A stretch of 64,000 bases of DNA, taken from the NCBI GenBank assembly GCA_900550935.1, contig URUD01000003.1, positions 8,951 to 72,950 of the forward strand, written 5' to 3'. Shown here one piece after another: positions 31,886-42,559 of the stretch (its first letter is position 1; every line of letters begins with the position of its first letter). The translations under genes and the position numbers were made by a program. Source of the stretch: an uncultured Roseburia sp. Lineage in GTDB: Bacteria > Bacillota > Clostridia > Lachnospirales > Lachnospiraceae. The notes beneath the pieces are model-generated. The model made no database searches. It was given only the letters and a program-made list of their open reading frames with translations, and was not told where the DNA came from.

Positions 31886-32758
31886 ATGAGCCTTTACATA
31901 TACTTCCCGGATGCGGTTGGAACTCATCTGGGTATAGATCTGTGTTGTTGATATATCCGCATGTCCAAGCATTTCCTGAACCGATTTTAAGTCTGCTCCA
32001 TTGCTGATCAGATGCGCTGCAAAGGAATGGCGCAGTGTATGTGGTGTGATCTCCGCCTGTATCCCCGCCTTTTTTCCATAGGCTTTGATCAGTTTCCAAA
32101 AGCCCTGACGGCTCATATCCTGTCCGGTACAGTTTGTAAATAACCAAGGACAGTCTTCTTTTTCCACCAGATATGGTCTTCCCTCTTCCAGATACTTTTT
32201 CAGCGCATCCCTTGCCACATCTCCAAACGGAACGATGCGCTCTTTGTGTGCATCCGTACAGGTCAGATATTCCATCTGTAAGTTCAAGTCTGAAACTTTC
32301 AAAGAGATCAGCTCAGTCACCCGGATGCCTGTCGCATACAGCAGTTCTAACATTGCGCGATCACGCAGTTCCTTCGGACTGTTGCCACAGGGCTGTTCTA
32401 ATAAAAGTGTTACTTCCTCTGTGGTTAAGATTGCCGGCATCTTCTTTTCAATCTTCGGTGCCTTTAACTGCTCTGTCGGGTCTTCGTTGATCCGGTGCTG
32501 TTTTTCCATATAATGAAAAAAAGCCTTCATTGAGGCGATGCTTCTGGAAATTGTTGCCGGTTTTTTCCCTGATTTTTCCAGATCCATCACATATAACATC
32601 AGATGGGTCGGCAGTACAGCATACGCATGGTCCACCCCCTGTCCACGCAGGAACTCATTCATTTTCCTTAGATCACGCTCATAAGAAACTTCTGTATTGA
32701 CAGAAGTCTGTTTTTCATTATGAAGATATTGAATAAAATCCTGTATGTCCTGTGTCAT
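31874..32758 (-). CDS. xerD: Site-specific tyrosine recombinase XerD
   Basis: RDRAMLELLYATGIRVTE, TPHTLRHSFA, LGHADISTTQIY; NUDIX-spoIIM-xerD synteny. Confidence 0.9.
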   Translation of the reverse strand: MTQDIQDFIQYLHNEKQTSVNTEVSYERDLRKMNEFLRGQGVDHAYAVLPTHLMLYVMDLEKSGKKPATISRSIASMKAFFHYMEKQHRINEDPTEQLKAPKIEKKMPAILTTEEVTLLLEQPCGNSPKELRDRAMLELLYATGIRVTELISLKVSDLNLQMEYLTCTDAHKERIVPFGDVARDALKKYLEEGRPYLVEKEDCPWLFTNCTGQDMSRQGFWKLIKAYGKKAGIQAEITPHTLRHSFAAHLISNGADLKSVQEMLGHADISTTQIYTQMSSNRIREVYVKAHPRG

Positions 32759-32870
32759 CTCTTTAACCTATCCGTTTCTTTTTTCAAAAATTCGTCGCTC
32801 GTCACTTAAGGCAGCACGCTGCCCCACTTCCCCTCATTATAAGCGTAAGTTTTTAGAAAAGCAATCGCTT

Positions 32871-33422
32871 TTAAAATTTCTTTAAAACTTTTTGCATCAG
32901 GACCGGGTTTACCGCCGCTTCTGCCCAGATTCCAACCAAAAACAGTGCAAAAACAATACTATAACAGAGCACCATCACAACACGCTGCTCCATCCGGTCT
33001 CCCATCTGTCTCTGTCTGCACTTTAGCTCATAATATAGCACTATTGTAATCAAATAACAGATCCATTGCGGCAGCATCCCAAGTATGACAACGACCAGTC
33101 CCTTCCAGCCAAGATTTAAGATCGCAGCCACCTGTAGGATCCCAAACGTATATGCCAATGCACACTCCAAAAACAGCAATACATGTTCTGCCCGGAAGAA
33201 ATGAAATAACACCAGTACCAATCCTGCCCATTTGATGCGGATACCTAAGACATGAAACCACAACCGGTTAAGATTCGGAACTGTTTCCACATACTGCCGG
33301 ATAAAATAAGTATTTAATATCCCATATGTGACAAACAGCTCTCTTCCTATGAGATTTGCTGTTACAATCCCAAGAAAGAAAGCTGTTATCCTGACATATC
33401 GATTTTCCTTCACGATACGCAC
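32871..33422 (-). CDS. spoIIM: Stage II sporulation protein M-like membrane protein
   Basis: Multi-TM, LPQ motif, E..VNP C-terminus; lies between NUDIX and xerD. Confidence 0.65.
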   Translation of the reverse strand: MRIVKENRYVRITAFFLGIVTANLIGRELFVTYGILNTYFIRQYVETVPNLNRLWFHVLGIRIKWAGLVLVLFHFFRAEHVLLFLECALAYTFGILQVAAILNLGWKGLVVVILGMLPQWICYLITIVLYYELKCRQRQMGDRMEQRVVMVLCYSIVFALFLVGIWAEAAVNPVLMQKVLKKF

Positions 33423-33441
33423 CTAAGACCTTTTTCTTATC

Positions 33442-33996
33442 TTATGCGTTTTTCTCCTCGTTCAGAAGGTTTTTATAGGCTAAAATTGCTGCTACCGTTT
33501 TTGCATCCTGTAAGGTTCCATCGTAGATCATCCGGCACAATTCATCCAGATCATATGCCTCAACATCGATAAATTCTCCTTCATCCAGATGCTGTTTTCC
33601 CGGCTTTAAGTCTCTCGCCAGATACACATCGATAAACTCATTACAAAATGCAACCGTTGTCTTTAATGACAATAATTTTTTTAAATTGTTACTGCAATAT
33701 CCTGTCTCTTCTTCCAGTTCACGGGCAGCACATACCATCGTATCTTCTGTCACACTGTCTCTGGAACCAGCAGGCACCTCCAATGTCATCCGTTCAATGG
33801 CATTGCGGTACTGGCGTACCATAAGGATCTTTCCATCCTCACGCACCGGAACAACTGCCGCTGCTCCCATTCTGTGTGAAATGAAATCCCACTCTTCTGT
33901 CTTGCCATTCGGAAGTTCCATCGTATCCGTATAGATGTCTAAAATAGCTCCTTTTCTTAACAACTCACGTTTAATTCTTTTTACCTGCTGATTCAT
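33442..33996 (-). CDS. NUDIX hydrolase (ADP-ribose pyrophosphatase-like)
   Basis: VRQYR, EVPAG..AARELEEETG Nudix box, QDAKT. Confidence 0.92.
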   Translation of the reverse strand: MNQQVKRIKRELLRKGAILDIYTDTMELPNGKTEEWDFISHRMGAAAVVPVREDGKILMVRQYRNAIERMTLEVPAGSRDSVTEDTMVCAARELEEETGYCSNNLKKLLSLKTTVAFCNEFIDVYLARDLKPGKQHLDEGEFIDVEAYDLDELCRMIYDGTLQDAKTVAAILAYKNLLNEEKNA

Positions 33997-34008
33997 ATTT
34001 CCTCCTAG

Positions 34009-34725
34009 TTACCCATGATTTTCCAGCATCCGATATCCCACTCTTGGGATCGTTGTTATGTATACTGGGCGCATCGGCATTTTTTCTATTTTTTTCCGGA
34101 TATTCGTCATATTTACCCGTAAGATCCGGCTGTTATACTCCATATAGGGTCCCCATATCTTTTCCAACAGCATCTGGTAGGTTACGACGGCTCCGGAATG
34201 AAGTGCAAGACATTCTAAAATACGATATTCCACGGGCGAAAAATGGATCTGTGCTCCCTCTAACGTTACCTGTCGCTTGAAAAAATCGATCTTCAATCCT
34301 TCCGCTTCATAACAGATCCGCTCCGATCCCGGCAATCTCTTTCTCAGCGCACTGTGGATGCGCGCTTCGAGCTCTTCCCCATAAAACGGTTTGTTCACAT
34401 AGTCATCCGCTCCGGCATAAAGCGCATTTACCTTATCCGTGTGTGATGATTTTCTGGAGATCACGATCACCGGACAACTGTTCCATTTGCGAAACCACCG
34501 GATAAAATCCATTCCATCCATATCCGGCAGTTGCAGATCAAGCAGCACAATATCCGGACAGATACTGGTGCTAAGTTCCATTCCACTTCTTCCACTGTCC
34601 GCCACATACGCCTTGTATTGCCCTCTCCTTGCCAGTTTGCGTAAAAACGAGGTACTTTCCTCATCGTTATCGATCAACAATACTTTCGCACGGTCACATA
34701 TTCTATTTTCTTCCAATTCTGACAT
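34009..34725 (-). CDS. OmpR/KdpE-like response regulator
   Basis: LLDLQLPDMDG, GADDYVNKPF, winged helix ending PRVGYR; AGGAGG RBS. Confidence 0.9.
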   Translation of the reverse strand: MSELEENRICDRAKVLLIDNDEESTSFLRKLARRGQYKAYVADSGRSGMELSTSICPDIVLLDLQLPDMDGMDFIRWFRKWNSCPVIVISRKSSHTDKVNALYAGADDYVNKPFYGEELEARIHSALRKRLPGSERICYEAEGLKIDFFKRQVTLEGAQIHFSPVEYRILECLALHSGAVVTYQMLLEKIWGPYMEYNSRILRVNMTNIRKKIEKMPMRPVYITTIPRVGYRMLENHG

Positions 34726-34751
34726 TCCTCCTGTAGCATAAATCTGTTGTT

Positions 34752-35192
34752 TTAATTTACTGCTACAGGTATTCTCTTTTTCCCGTCTCCCCGATGGATA
34801 TAGCATATGTTCTGCCACAGTGTCGTCCGGCATTGTAACAGTCTGTCCCCAAGGCCGCGAACCGTTATCTGTGGCAGCAGAAGCCATGCAAACCAGACTG
34901 CAAGCAGGACGAGTAACGGATTTCGATTCACTGTCATCGTCTTTAACATCTGCTCTGCCATGCGAAGTTGTCCAAACACGATCGTTCTGGCATCGTTTTT
35001 GCTTAAGATATCTGCCACTACCACAAGTGAACCTGCTGACAGACGATCACCGCTTTCTTTCTGTAATACCGTCATCGTATTTTCGGTATGGATTGCCGAT
35101 GGTGTCTTCTGTGGCAGTTTCCATGCAAAAAGCAAAATGCCAACGAAAACGATCACTGCAAATACAGCACTTATTTTTGTTTTTCCATTCAT
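34752..35192 (-). CDS. Hypothetical two-TM membrane protein
   Basis: AAAGGAGG RBS; two hydrophobic segments; co-directional with the response regulator. Confidence 0.6.
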   Translation of the reverse strand: MNGKTKISAVFAVIVFVGILLFAWKLPQKTPSAIHTENTMTVLQKESGDRLSAGSLVVVADILSKNDARTIVFGQLRMAEQMLKTMTVNRNPLLVLLAVWFAWLLLPQITVRGLGDRLLQCRTTLWQNICYIHRGDGKKRIPVAVN

Positions 35193-35320
35193 CTGCCACA
35201 ACACCTCCTTTTCTTTTTCTATTGTAATTTCGGTCTAAAAAAAAGTCAATAGAAACAAAAAAGACCATCACACACTTTTGTATGTATGATGGTCTCTCTT
35301 CCTTCATTATCGCTCACTCA

Positions 35321-36868
35321 TTATTTTGCGTAATCAGTTACTCTGGATTCACGGATCACATTTACTTTGATCTGACCTGGATATTCCAATTCTGCCTCAA
35401 TCTGTTTTGAGATATCACGGGCAAGTAATACCATATCTGCATCACTTACCTGCTCTGGAACAACCATAATACGAATCTCTCTACCTGCCTGAATAGCAAA
35501 GGATTTTTCTACTCCCTTAAATCCATTGGAGATATCCTCTAACTGTTTTAATCTGTTTGAATATGTTTCAAGTGTCTCTCTTCTGGCACCTGGTCTTGCC
35601 GCACTGATAGTATCAGCGGCCTGTACGATACATGCAATTAAAGATTCTGGCTCTACATCGCCATGATGTGCTTCTACAGCATTGATGATGATCGGTGCCT
35701 CTTTATATTTTCTACATAAATCCACACCAATCTGGATATGAGATCCTTCCATCTCGTGATCGACGGATTTTCCGATGTCATGTAACAGACCTGCACGCTT
35801 TGCAGTTCTGACATCAACGCCAATCTCTGCTGCTAACAGTCCAGAAATCTGTGCTACTTCAATAGAATGTTTTAATGCGTTCTGACCATAACTTGTCCTG
35901 AACTTCATTCTACCAAGCAGGCGAACCAGCTCCGGATGAATACCATGAACACCAACCTCTAATGTTGCTGCTTCACCCTCTTCCCGGATCATAGTCTCTA
36001 CTTCTTTCTGAGCCTTTTCAACCATTTCCTCAATTCTAGCCGGATGAATACGTCCGTCTACAATTAATTTTTCCAAAGCAATTCTGGCTACTTCACGTCT
36101 GATCGGATCAAATCCGGATAAAATAACTGCCTCCGGTGTATCATCAATGATCAGATCCACACCCGTCAATGTTTCCAGTGTACGGATATTACGACCTTCA
36201 CGTCCGATGATACGTCCTTTCATCTCGTCATTTGGAAGCTGTACAACCGAGATTGTTGTCTCAGCGACATGGTCTGCTGCACATTTCTGAATGGCAGTAA
36301 CCACATACTCCTTCGCTTTTTTGTCCGCTTCCTCTTTTGCTTTGTGTTCCATTTCTTTGATCAATTTTGCAGTATCAATTTTTACATCTTCTTCAACAGT
36401 CTTTAAGAGATATTCCTTTGCCTGTTCGGAGGTCAGACCGGAAATCCGCTCCAGTTCCTGAATGCGCTCCTCGTTGAGTTTTGCGACCTTTTCTTTCTGT
36501 TTGTTGATTTCTTCTTCTTTGGCAGCAAACCCGGCTTCACGTTTCTCAATGGCTTCGAGCTTTCTGTCCAGATTTTCTTCTTTCTGAACAACACGACGCT
36601 CGCTTCGCTGGATCTCAGCTCTACGCTCTTTGACTTCTTTGTCTAATTCATTTTTTACACGAATAGACTCTTCTTTCGCCTCAAGTGTAGCCTCGCGCTT
36701 CTTGGTCTCTGCTGCTTTTACCGCTTCATCAATGATCTCACGAGCCTTTTCATCTGCATTGCCGATCTTAGACTCTGTTACCTTTTTGTGATAGGCAGTT
36801 GTTATAAAATAAACAGCCACCGCGGTAATAACAAAAGTAACAACAACAGCAATCACTGTCGTTCCCAC
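35321..36868 (-). CDS. rny: Ribonuclease Y
   Basis: N-terminal [23 protein letters not shown]. Confidence 0.98.
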   Translation of the reverse strand: MGTTVIAVVVTFVITAVAVYFITTAYHKKVTESKIGNADEKAREIIDEAVKAAETKKREATLEAKEESIRVKNELDKEVKERRAEIQRSERRVVQKEENLDRKLEAIEKREAGFAAKEEEINKQKEKVAKLNEERIQELERISGLTSEQAKEYLLKTVEEDVKIDTAKLIKEMEHKAKEEADKKAKEYVVTAIQKCAADHVAETTISVVQLPNDEMKGRIIGREGRNIRTLETLTGVDLIIDDTPEAVILSGFDPIRREVARIALEKLIVDGRIHPARIEEMVEKAQKEVETMIREEGEAATLEVGVHGIHPELVRLLGRMKFRTSYGQNALKHSIEVAQISGLLAAEIGVDVRTAKRAGLLHDIGKSVDHEMEGSHIQIGVDLCRKYKEAPIIINAVEAHHGDVEPESLIACIVQAADTISAARPGARRETLETYSNRLKQLEDISNGFKGVEKSFAIQAGREIRIMVVPEQVSDADMVLLARDISKQIEAELEYPGQIKVNVIRESRVTDYAK

Positions 36869-37052
36869 AAGGGCACCTCCTTATAAAGTTTTCATTGTAC
36901 TATAACATAAAAACAATTTTCGTTATCTGTCATAAATTACAACATATAAATTTTATGCTATTTCGATAGTTATGTCAAGTAGATAACTGTTCAATATGCC
37001 TAATATTGCATTTTTCTTTTCTCAAAATACTACATATTGTGCAAAATATCCC

Positions 37053-37673
37053 CTAAGCCTCTCTTTCTGCCCAGAATCTCATCGCATGTGAAATATCACT
37101 GCTCCTGTACCCTCTGCGCATCAGAAACTGGTAAATCCGCTGCTGTTCTTTTCTGTCACTCTGCTCTGGGTCATAATGCTTCTTTTCCAGCAGGGTCATG
37201 ATCTTTTGCTGTTCATCTGCACAAAAGACCTCCTCCATCGCCTGAGCTACCACCTCGCGGTCGACTCCTTTTGCATACAGATCCATCTGCAGCCGCTGTC
37301 TGCTTTTTTTTTCCTGTCCATACCGGATATAATTCTCGGCATATCTGGCATCATCAATATAATGATAAGACTTCACGTATTCGATCGCTGCCTCTACACA
37401 TACTGCGGGATAACCATTCTGTTCTAATTTCTGCCGCAGCTGGCTCTCCGTCCGGTCCATACGCTCTAACAGGTGCATCGCCCGCTTTTTGGCACGGAGC
37501 CCTACGATCTCCCAGAGGATCTGCTCATAGGTCTCTGAAGAAATATATGCACCCTCGTGCAATGAAAGTTTGCGTATCTCACCACGGTAAAGCAGCACTT
37601 TCTCTCCATTATCAAAGCAGACCTCTGTTTTGGATTTCTCCTTCGGAAGCATCTTTACCACCTGAACATCCAT
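37053..37673 (-). CDS. recX: Regulatory protein RecX
   Basis: RTESQLRQKL, YIDDARYA, FLMRRGY; follows recA. Confidence 0.92.
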   Translation of the reverse strand: MDVQVVKMLPKEKSKTEVCFDNGEKVLLYRGEIRKLSLHEGAYISSETYEQILWEIVGLRAKKRAMHLLERMDRTESQLRQKLEQNGYPAVCVEAAIEYVKSYHYIDDARYAENYIRYGQEKKSRQRLQMDLYAKGVDREVVAQAMEEVFCADEQQKIMTLLEKKHYDPEQSDRKEQQRIYQFLMRRGYRSSDISHAMRFWAEREA

Positions 37674-37676
37674 GAA

Positions 37677-38819
37677 TTATTCCTCTGCCTTTTTCGCTGC
37701 TTCGGCTGCCTTCTCATCAACTACTGTCTTAATGCTCTTTGCTGCTGGTGCTTCTGTTTTTTCTTCTTCTGTTTCTTCCTCCGCACCGTCAGTCTTATAG
37801 AAATCACGCACCTTTGCCTCGATTTCCTCGCAGACCATCGGATTTTCTTTCAGATAAGTTTTGGCATTTTCACGTCCCTGACCGATTTTCTCTCCGTTGT
37901 ACGCATACCATGCACCTGATTTATTGACTACCCCACTGTCCGCTGCCAGATCAAGGATATCTCCCTCACGTGAGATACCCTGGCCAAACATGATATCAAA
38001 CTCTGCCTCACGGAATGGCGGTGCCACTTTATTTTTCACGATCTTGACACGGGTACGGTTTCCTACTACCTCACCGCCCTGTTTTAACGCTTCAATCCTT
38101 CTGACATCCAGACGAACGGAAGAATAGAATTTTAATGCACGTCCACCAGTGGTTGTCTCTGGATTACCAAACATTACACCAACCTTTTCTCGCAGCTGGT
38201 TGATGAAAATTACGATACAGTTGGACTTGCTGATGACCGCAGTCAGTTTACGGAGTGCCTGACTCATCAGTCGTGCCTGAAGTCCAACATGCGAATCACC
38301 CATATCTCCGTCGATCTCTGCCTTTGGAACCAGTGCTGCAACGGAGTCTACGATCACGATATCGACCGCGCCGGAACGTACCATTGTTTCTGTGATCTCC
38401 AGTGCCTGCTCTCCGCAGTCCGGCTGTGAAATATAGAGATTATCAATATCTACTCCGATGTTCTTTGCATAAACCGGATCCAGTGCATGCTCTGCATCAA
38501 TAAATCCTGCAATACCGCCACGTTTCTGCACTTCTGCCACGCAATGAAGTGCCACTGTCGTCTTACCACTGGACTCTGGTCCATAGATCTCTATGATCCT
38601 GCCCTTTGGCAATCCACCTAAGCCAAGTGCGATATCAAGACTTAAAGAACCGGTCGGGCTCGTCTCTACATTCATGTGTGCGGAATTGTCTCCGAGTTTC
38701 ATAATAGATCCCTTGCCATACTGCTTCTCAATCTGTGAGATGGCTGCATCCAGTGCTTTTAACTTGTCACTCTTTGCTGCATTTATTTCCTTATACTTAT
38801 CTTCTCTTTCTTTTGCCAT
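37677..38819 (-). CDS. recA: Recombinase A
   Basis: [34 protein letters not shown]. Confidence 0.99.
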   Translation of the reverse strand: MAKEREDKYKEINAAKSDKLKALDAAISQIEKQYGKGSIMKLGDNSAHMNVETSPTGSLSLDIALGLGGLPKGRIIEIYGPESSGKTTVALHCVAEVQKRGGIAGFIDAEHALDPVYAKNIGVDIDNLYISQPDCGEQALEITETMVRSGAVDIVIVDSVAALVPKAEIDGDMGDSHVGLQARLMSQALRKLTAVISKSNCIVIFINQLREKVGVMFGNPETTTGGRALKFYSSVRLDVRRIEALKQGGEVVGNRTRVKIVKNKVAPPFREAEFDIMFGQGISREGDILDLAADSGVVNKSGAWYAYNGEKIGQGRENAKTYLKENPMVCEEIEAKVRDFYKTDGAEEETEEEKTEAPAAKSIKTVVDEKAAEAAKKAEE

Positions 38820-38833
38820 TGTTTTCCTCCACG

Positions 38834-38847
38834 CGAACTTATGTTCG
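38834..38847. promoter_or_regulatory. LexA (SOS/Cheo) box upstream of recA
   Basis: CGAACTTATGTTCG matches the Firmicutes CGAAC-N4-GTTCG consensus. Confidence 0.9.
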
Positions 38848-39046
38848 TTTTTCTGTTCTAATAGTATTATAAATTGTCTTTCTTGTCAACACATTGTTTT
38901 TACTTTTCAATATTTTGGATATGATCGGTGAACCTACCGAAATATGATCTGTCTCATATTTGTAAAAAGAAACGAAACGATATGGTTTCATCAGGATTTG
39001 TTTACATTTGCCATTTTAGCACATTAACAGATTGCCTGCAAGAGAA

Positions 39047-39074
39047 AAAAATCCAGACCGCAGTCTGGATTTTT
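39047..39074 (-). terminator. Intrinsic terminator
   Basis: AAAAATCCAGAC-CGCA-GTCTGGATTTTT. Confidence 0.8.
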
Positions 39075-39076
39075 CC

Positions 39077-40027
39077 CTACTCCATCTTCAACCCTTCCAT
39101 ACAGCCAGTATCCAGATAGATTTCCTGTATTTTTTCATTGAACTGTTCCTGTGAGTCGTACCCATCTCCAAAATGCACACCATCCACGAATTGTTTTTCC
39201 GAATAAAAATGGATCATGGAAAAATAATCCGGAAAATACGCATCCAACCCGGTACGTTCAAATTCTTCCTTTAATAACTGTTTCTGCTCATGCCTTAAAT
39301 CATTATCTGCCAGCGGATCCGGCAGTAAATACAGTGCAATATTTCTCGCCTCACACATTTCGTGCATTTTTGTCAGGTAAAGGATCGTCGTATCGGACAA
39401 TTCGCCATACTCCGCGTGAGTCGGTGTCTCTTCTCCATACTTTTCTTTTAAATAATTCAAGTACAGTTTTCTCGCCGGATTGGAATCCCCGATGATCTTT
39501 GCCACCTCGGGCTGTAGTGCCCACGCACCAAACAAGTCTGACATTTCATCGATCGTTTCTTTTTCCAGATTGTTTAATGCCCCGATCCTCGTAAATGGAA
39601 CCACGACATACTGGTATCCATATGTGATATCAATTTTACTTTCCAGTGCATCCAGACCGACGATCACATAAACATCCGTCACATTCTCATGTGCTTTTAA
39701 AAACTCATTTAACAGCAGATACTGTCCCACCATCGTCAGTCCACGGTTATTTCCCACGATACAATAATCATCGTTATATTCCTGCAAATGATTGAACATC
39801 TGATTGCAGACACTGTCTCCTAAGATCAGCTTTGTGTCTGAATTCTGTTCCTGCACATGATCAATATAACCTTCTGTTTCCCCTTTTCCTGCCGGATATT
39901 CTCCACTCATCGTCCAAAGCGCAACCTTTTCCCGATAGCTGTCCTTTGCAGACAGGACAAAAAAAAGTAACAGGATAACACCCAATATCATACAGAGCAA
40001 CAGGCTCTTTCTAATTAGCTTTGCCAT
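39077..40027 (-). CDS. Membrane-anchored SGNH/GDSL-like protein (putative acyltransferase partner)
   Basis: LILGDSV and DGVH motifs, N-terminal TM, directly after an MBOAT gene. Confidence 0.65.
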   Translation of the reverse strand: MAKLIRKSLLLCMILGVILLLFFVLSAKDSYREKVALWTMSGEYPAGKGETEGYIDHVQEQNSDTKLILGDSVCNQMFNHLQEYNDDYCIVGNNRGLTMVGQYLLLNEFLKAHENVTDVYVIVGLDALESKIDITYGYQYVVVPFTRIGALNNLEKETIDEMSDLFGAWALQPEVAKIIGDSNPARKLYLNYLKEKYGEETPTHAEYGELSDTTILYLTKMHEMCEARNIALYLLPDPLADNDLRHEQKQLLKEEFERTGLDAYFPDYFSMIHFYSEKQFVDGVHFGDGYDSQEQFNEKIQEIYLDTGCMEGLKME

Positions 40028-40036
40028 TGTATCCTC

Positions 40037-41530
40037 CTAAAACTGGAAATAAATAAATTCTGCCGCAGCACCGCCAAATTCCTGAATGATCAGCAGACAA
40101 AAGCCGGTCAGCAAAACAACATAACAGGTCCACCGAACCAGCACATTCCGCTTACAGAACCATTCCCTGATATGCACTCCGTGCTCATGTAATATTCCCA
40201 CAATAAGTAAAACAATAACCGCAAAAAACAGTCTGTATAACTGGACTAATGACAATCCTGTCGTATAAGTGGTCAAATTGAGCAGCTGTTCCGGCACACT
40301 CGGACTGCACATATGTCTTAAGATTGCAACTGCCTGCGAAACGCTCTCTGCCCGAAAAAACAGCCACGCCAGATCACACAGGAAAAACGTAATGATCATC
40401 TGCCCCAGTTTATATAGTTTCCATGTATCTTTGATATGTAAAAACTGCCGTAATCGTGTTCGATACGGCAGGGTCACCGCTCCGATCACCTGATAGGCTC
40501 CATGCAGCCCGCCCCACAATACGTAGGTCCAGTTTGCACCGTGCCATAACCCACTTACCAGAAATGTGATCATCAGATTGCAATAGGTTTTTAACTTGCT
40601 ACAACGGCTGCCGCCAAGCGGAATATACACATAATCACGGAACCAGGTAGAAAGACTGATGTGCCAGCGACGCCAGAAATCTTTAATACTGGTAGCAAAA
40701 TACGGCTGTCTGAAATTATCCATCAGACGAACGCCAAGCACCTGCGCTGCACCGATCGCAATATGACTGTAACCGCTGAAATCACAATAAATCTGTATCG
40801 CAAAGAAAACCGTTGCCACTACCAGCGCACCGGACGAATATTCCCAGTAATTGTCATACATCTTATTTACATAGATTGCAGCAGTATCTGCGATCCACAT
40901 TTTTTCAAAGAAGCCCCATAGCATGAGCAACAGACCATTTCTTGCTCTCTCATAATCAAAATCTTTTGGCTCTCCAAGCTGATTAAGCAAATTTTTACTC
41001 CGCTCGATCGGTCCGGCAACCAGCTGTGGAAAAAAGGACACAAACAACGCATATTTTGCAAAGTTTTCTTCTGCCTGTACATCGCCCCGGTACACATCGA
41101 TCAGATAGCCCAGTGCCTGAAACGTGTAAAATGAAATTCCAACCGGAAGGACCAGACTAAACGCTGTACTGATGGATAGCGAAGAACCGATCAGCTGCAA
41201 AAAACGGTTGATATTATCCCGGGTAAAATCCAGATATTTAAACAGCAGTAAAATACCAATGATAAGCCCCGCACAGACCACAAAAAAACGTCGTTTTCTT
41301 TTTGCAAGAGCCGCCTCATCTTCCCCTGTCATACGTGCAAGTGCTTTCCCTCCAAGGAAACTGAGTAACGTGATGCCAAATATCAAAATGGCATACTTTG
41401 CATTCCAACACATATAAAAATAATAGCTCGCCACTAACAGCCACATCTGCCGCAGTTTTTTGGGGATGATATAATAAACCCCTATGACGACCGGGAAAAA
41501 TATTAAAAATTCAAATGAATTAAAAAGCAT
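40037..41530 (-). CDS. MBOAT family O-acyltransferase (AlgI/DltB-like)
   Basis: LPVGISFYTFQ, FFPQLVAGPIER, DFSGYS, FWRRWHISLS, GLWHGA. Confidence 0.95.
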   Translation of the reverse strand: MLFNSFEFLIFFPVVIGVYYIIPKKLRQMWLLVASYYFYMCWNAKYAILIFGITLLSFLGGKALARMTGEDEAALAKRKRRFFVVCAGLIIGILLLFKYLDFTRDNINRFLQLIGSSLSISTAFSLVLPVGISFYTFQALGYLIDVYRGDVQAEENFAKYALFVSFFPQLVAGPIERSKNLLNQLGEPKDFDYERARNGLLLMLWGFFEKMWIADTAAIYVNKMYDNYWEYSSGALVVATVFFAIQIYCDFSGYSHIAIGAAQVLGVRLMDNFRQPYFATSIKDFWRRWHISLSTWFRDYVYIPLGGSRCSKLKTYCNLMITFLVSGLWHGANWTYVLWGGLHGAYQVIGAVTLPYRTRLRQFLHIKDTWKLYKLGQMIITFFLCDLAWLFFRAESVSQAVAILRHMCSPSVPEQLLNLTTYTTGLSLVQLYRLFFAVIVLLIVGILHEHGVHIREWFCKRNVLVRWTCYVVLLTGFCLLIIQEFGGAAAEFIYFQF

Positions 41531-41766
41531 GTTTAACTCCTCTTTCAAGCACAAAATACCATTATGATTGTATCGTTCCGCCTGTGAATTGTCAAATTTT
41601 TCCGGGAGGTAAGCTAGTTTTATCCCATTCCCCCATCAAAAAACCCTTGTATCTCTCCCCTTTCCCCTGTAAACTAATAATCAGAGATCAGATTTTTCAA
41701 ACACGGGATCTGTGCTTACGCATAAACTTAAAATGCCTCAAAAAAACGGGCAGGAATGGAGCATTT

Positions 41767-42138
41767 ATGGAAAAAATATTAGCCTTTCATTTTAATGATA
41801 CCGAACTCTTTCAATTAAGGCAGCTTGCCGCCACCTTAAAATTTCATCTGGTCCCGGTTGCTGATACCGATTACATGCAGCCGCTCTCTGCCCTTGCTTC
41901 GGGCAAAAAAAATCCTCTGGCAGCTCCCCACACAGGAAAGGTACCAGAGGAAAATCTCTTACTGTTATGTGATTTTACCGAAAAACGGATGGACAAGCTC
42001 CTGCTCGCCTTACAAAAAAGCAACTTACAGATCGATTATAAAGCCATTCTCACACCGACCAACAAACAGTGGAATGTCCTCAGACTGCTCTTAGAGCTTC
42101 AGGCAGAAAAGGCTGCCTATCAGAAAACTGGCAGATAA
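41767..42138 (+). CDS. Conserved hypothetical protein (DUF3783-like)
   Basis: DKLLLALQK..YKAILTPTNKQW..LLLELQAE pattern; start moved to MEKIL. Confidence 0.7.
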   Translation: MEKILAFHFNDTELFQLRQLAATLKFHLVPVADTDYMQPLSALASGKKNPLAAPHTGKVPEENLLLLCDFTEKRMDKLLLALQKSNLQIDYKAILTPTNKQWNVLRLLLELQAEKAAYQKTGR

Positions 42139-42141
42139 CTG

Positions 42142-42468
42142 CTAGTCCTCTTTGCAGGATGCCAGCAAATCCATGATTGCTTCTTTCTGCTGCAATCCGA
42201 CTGCTTTGATCTTGAACAGACCATACTGCATGACAACCAGAGTCGGAATGCTCATGATCTGATATTTCAGAGCGAGGGCAGCTTCTTCATCTACATTGAC
42301 TTTTCCAAATTTAACTTTGCCCTCGAGCTCGGCTGCAAGTTCTTCCACGATCGGTCCCTGCATCTGACAGGGCCCGCACCAATCTGCCCAGAAATCCAGA
42401 ACAACCGGGATCTTGCATGCAAGTACTTCCTCTTCAAAATTATCATTTGTGATCTTAACAACTGCCAT
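42142..42468 (-). CDS. trxA: Thioredoxin
   Basis: DFWADWCGPC, SIPT; AAAGGAG RBS. Confidence 0.93.
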   Translation of the reverse strand: MAVVKITNDNFEEEVLACKIPVVLDFWADWCGPCQMQGPIVEELAAELEGKVKFGKVNVDEEAALALKYQIMSIPTLVVMQYGLFKIKAVGLQQKEAIMDLLASCKED

Positions 42469-42559
42469 AAAAAGTGCTCCTTTCTTCGTGTGTATTCGCA
42501 AAATAGCCCCAAATTTGCGCGAGCGCATTTGTGGCTGCTTTGCTCTCTTTCTCTCGTCC

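Noticed and set aside
31874..32758. Tyrosine recombinase as the integrase of a mobile element
   Set aside because: It has XerD motifs and housekeeping NUDIX-spoIIM-xerD context, with no phage or ICE genes nearby
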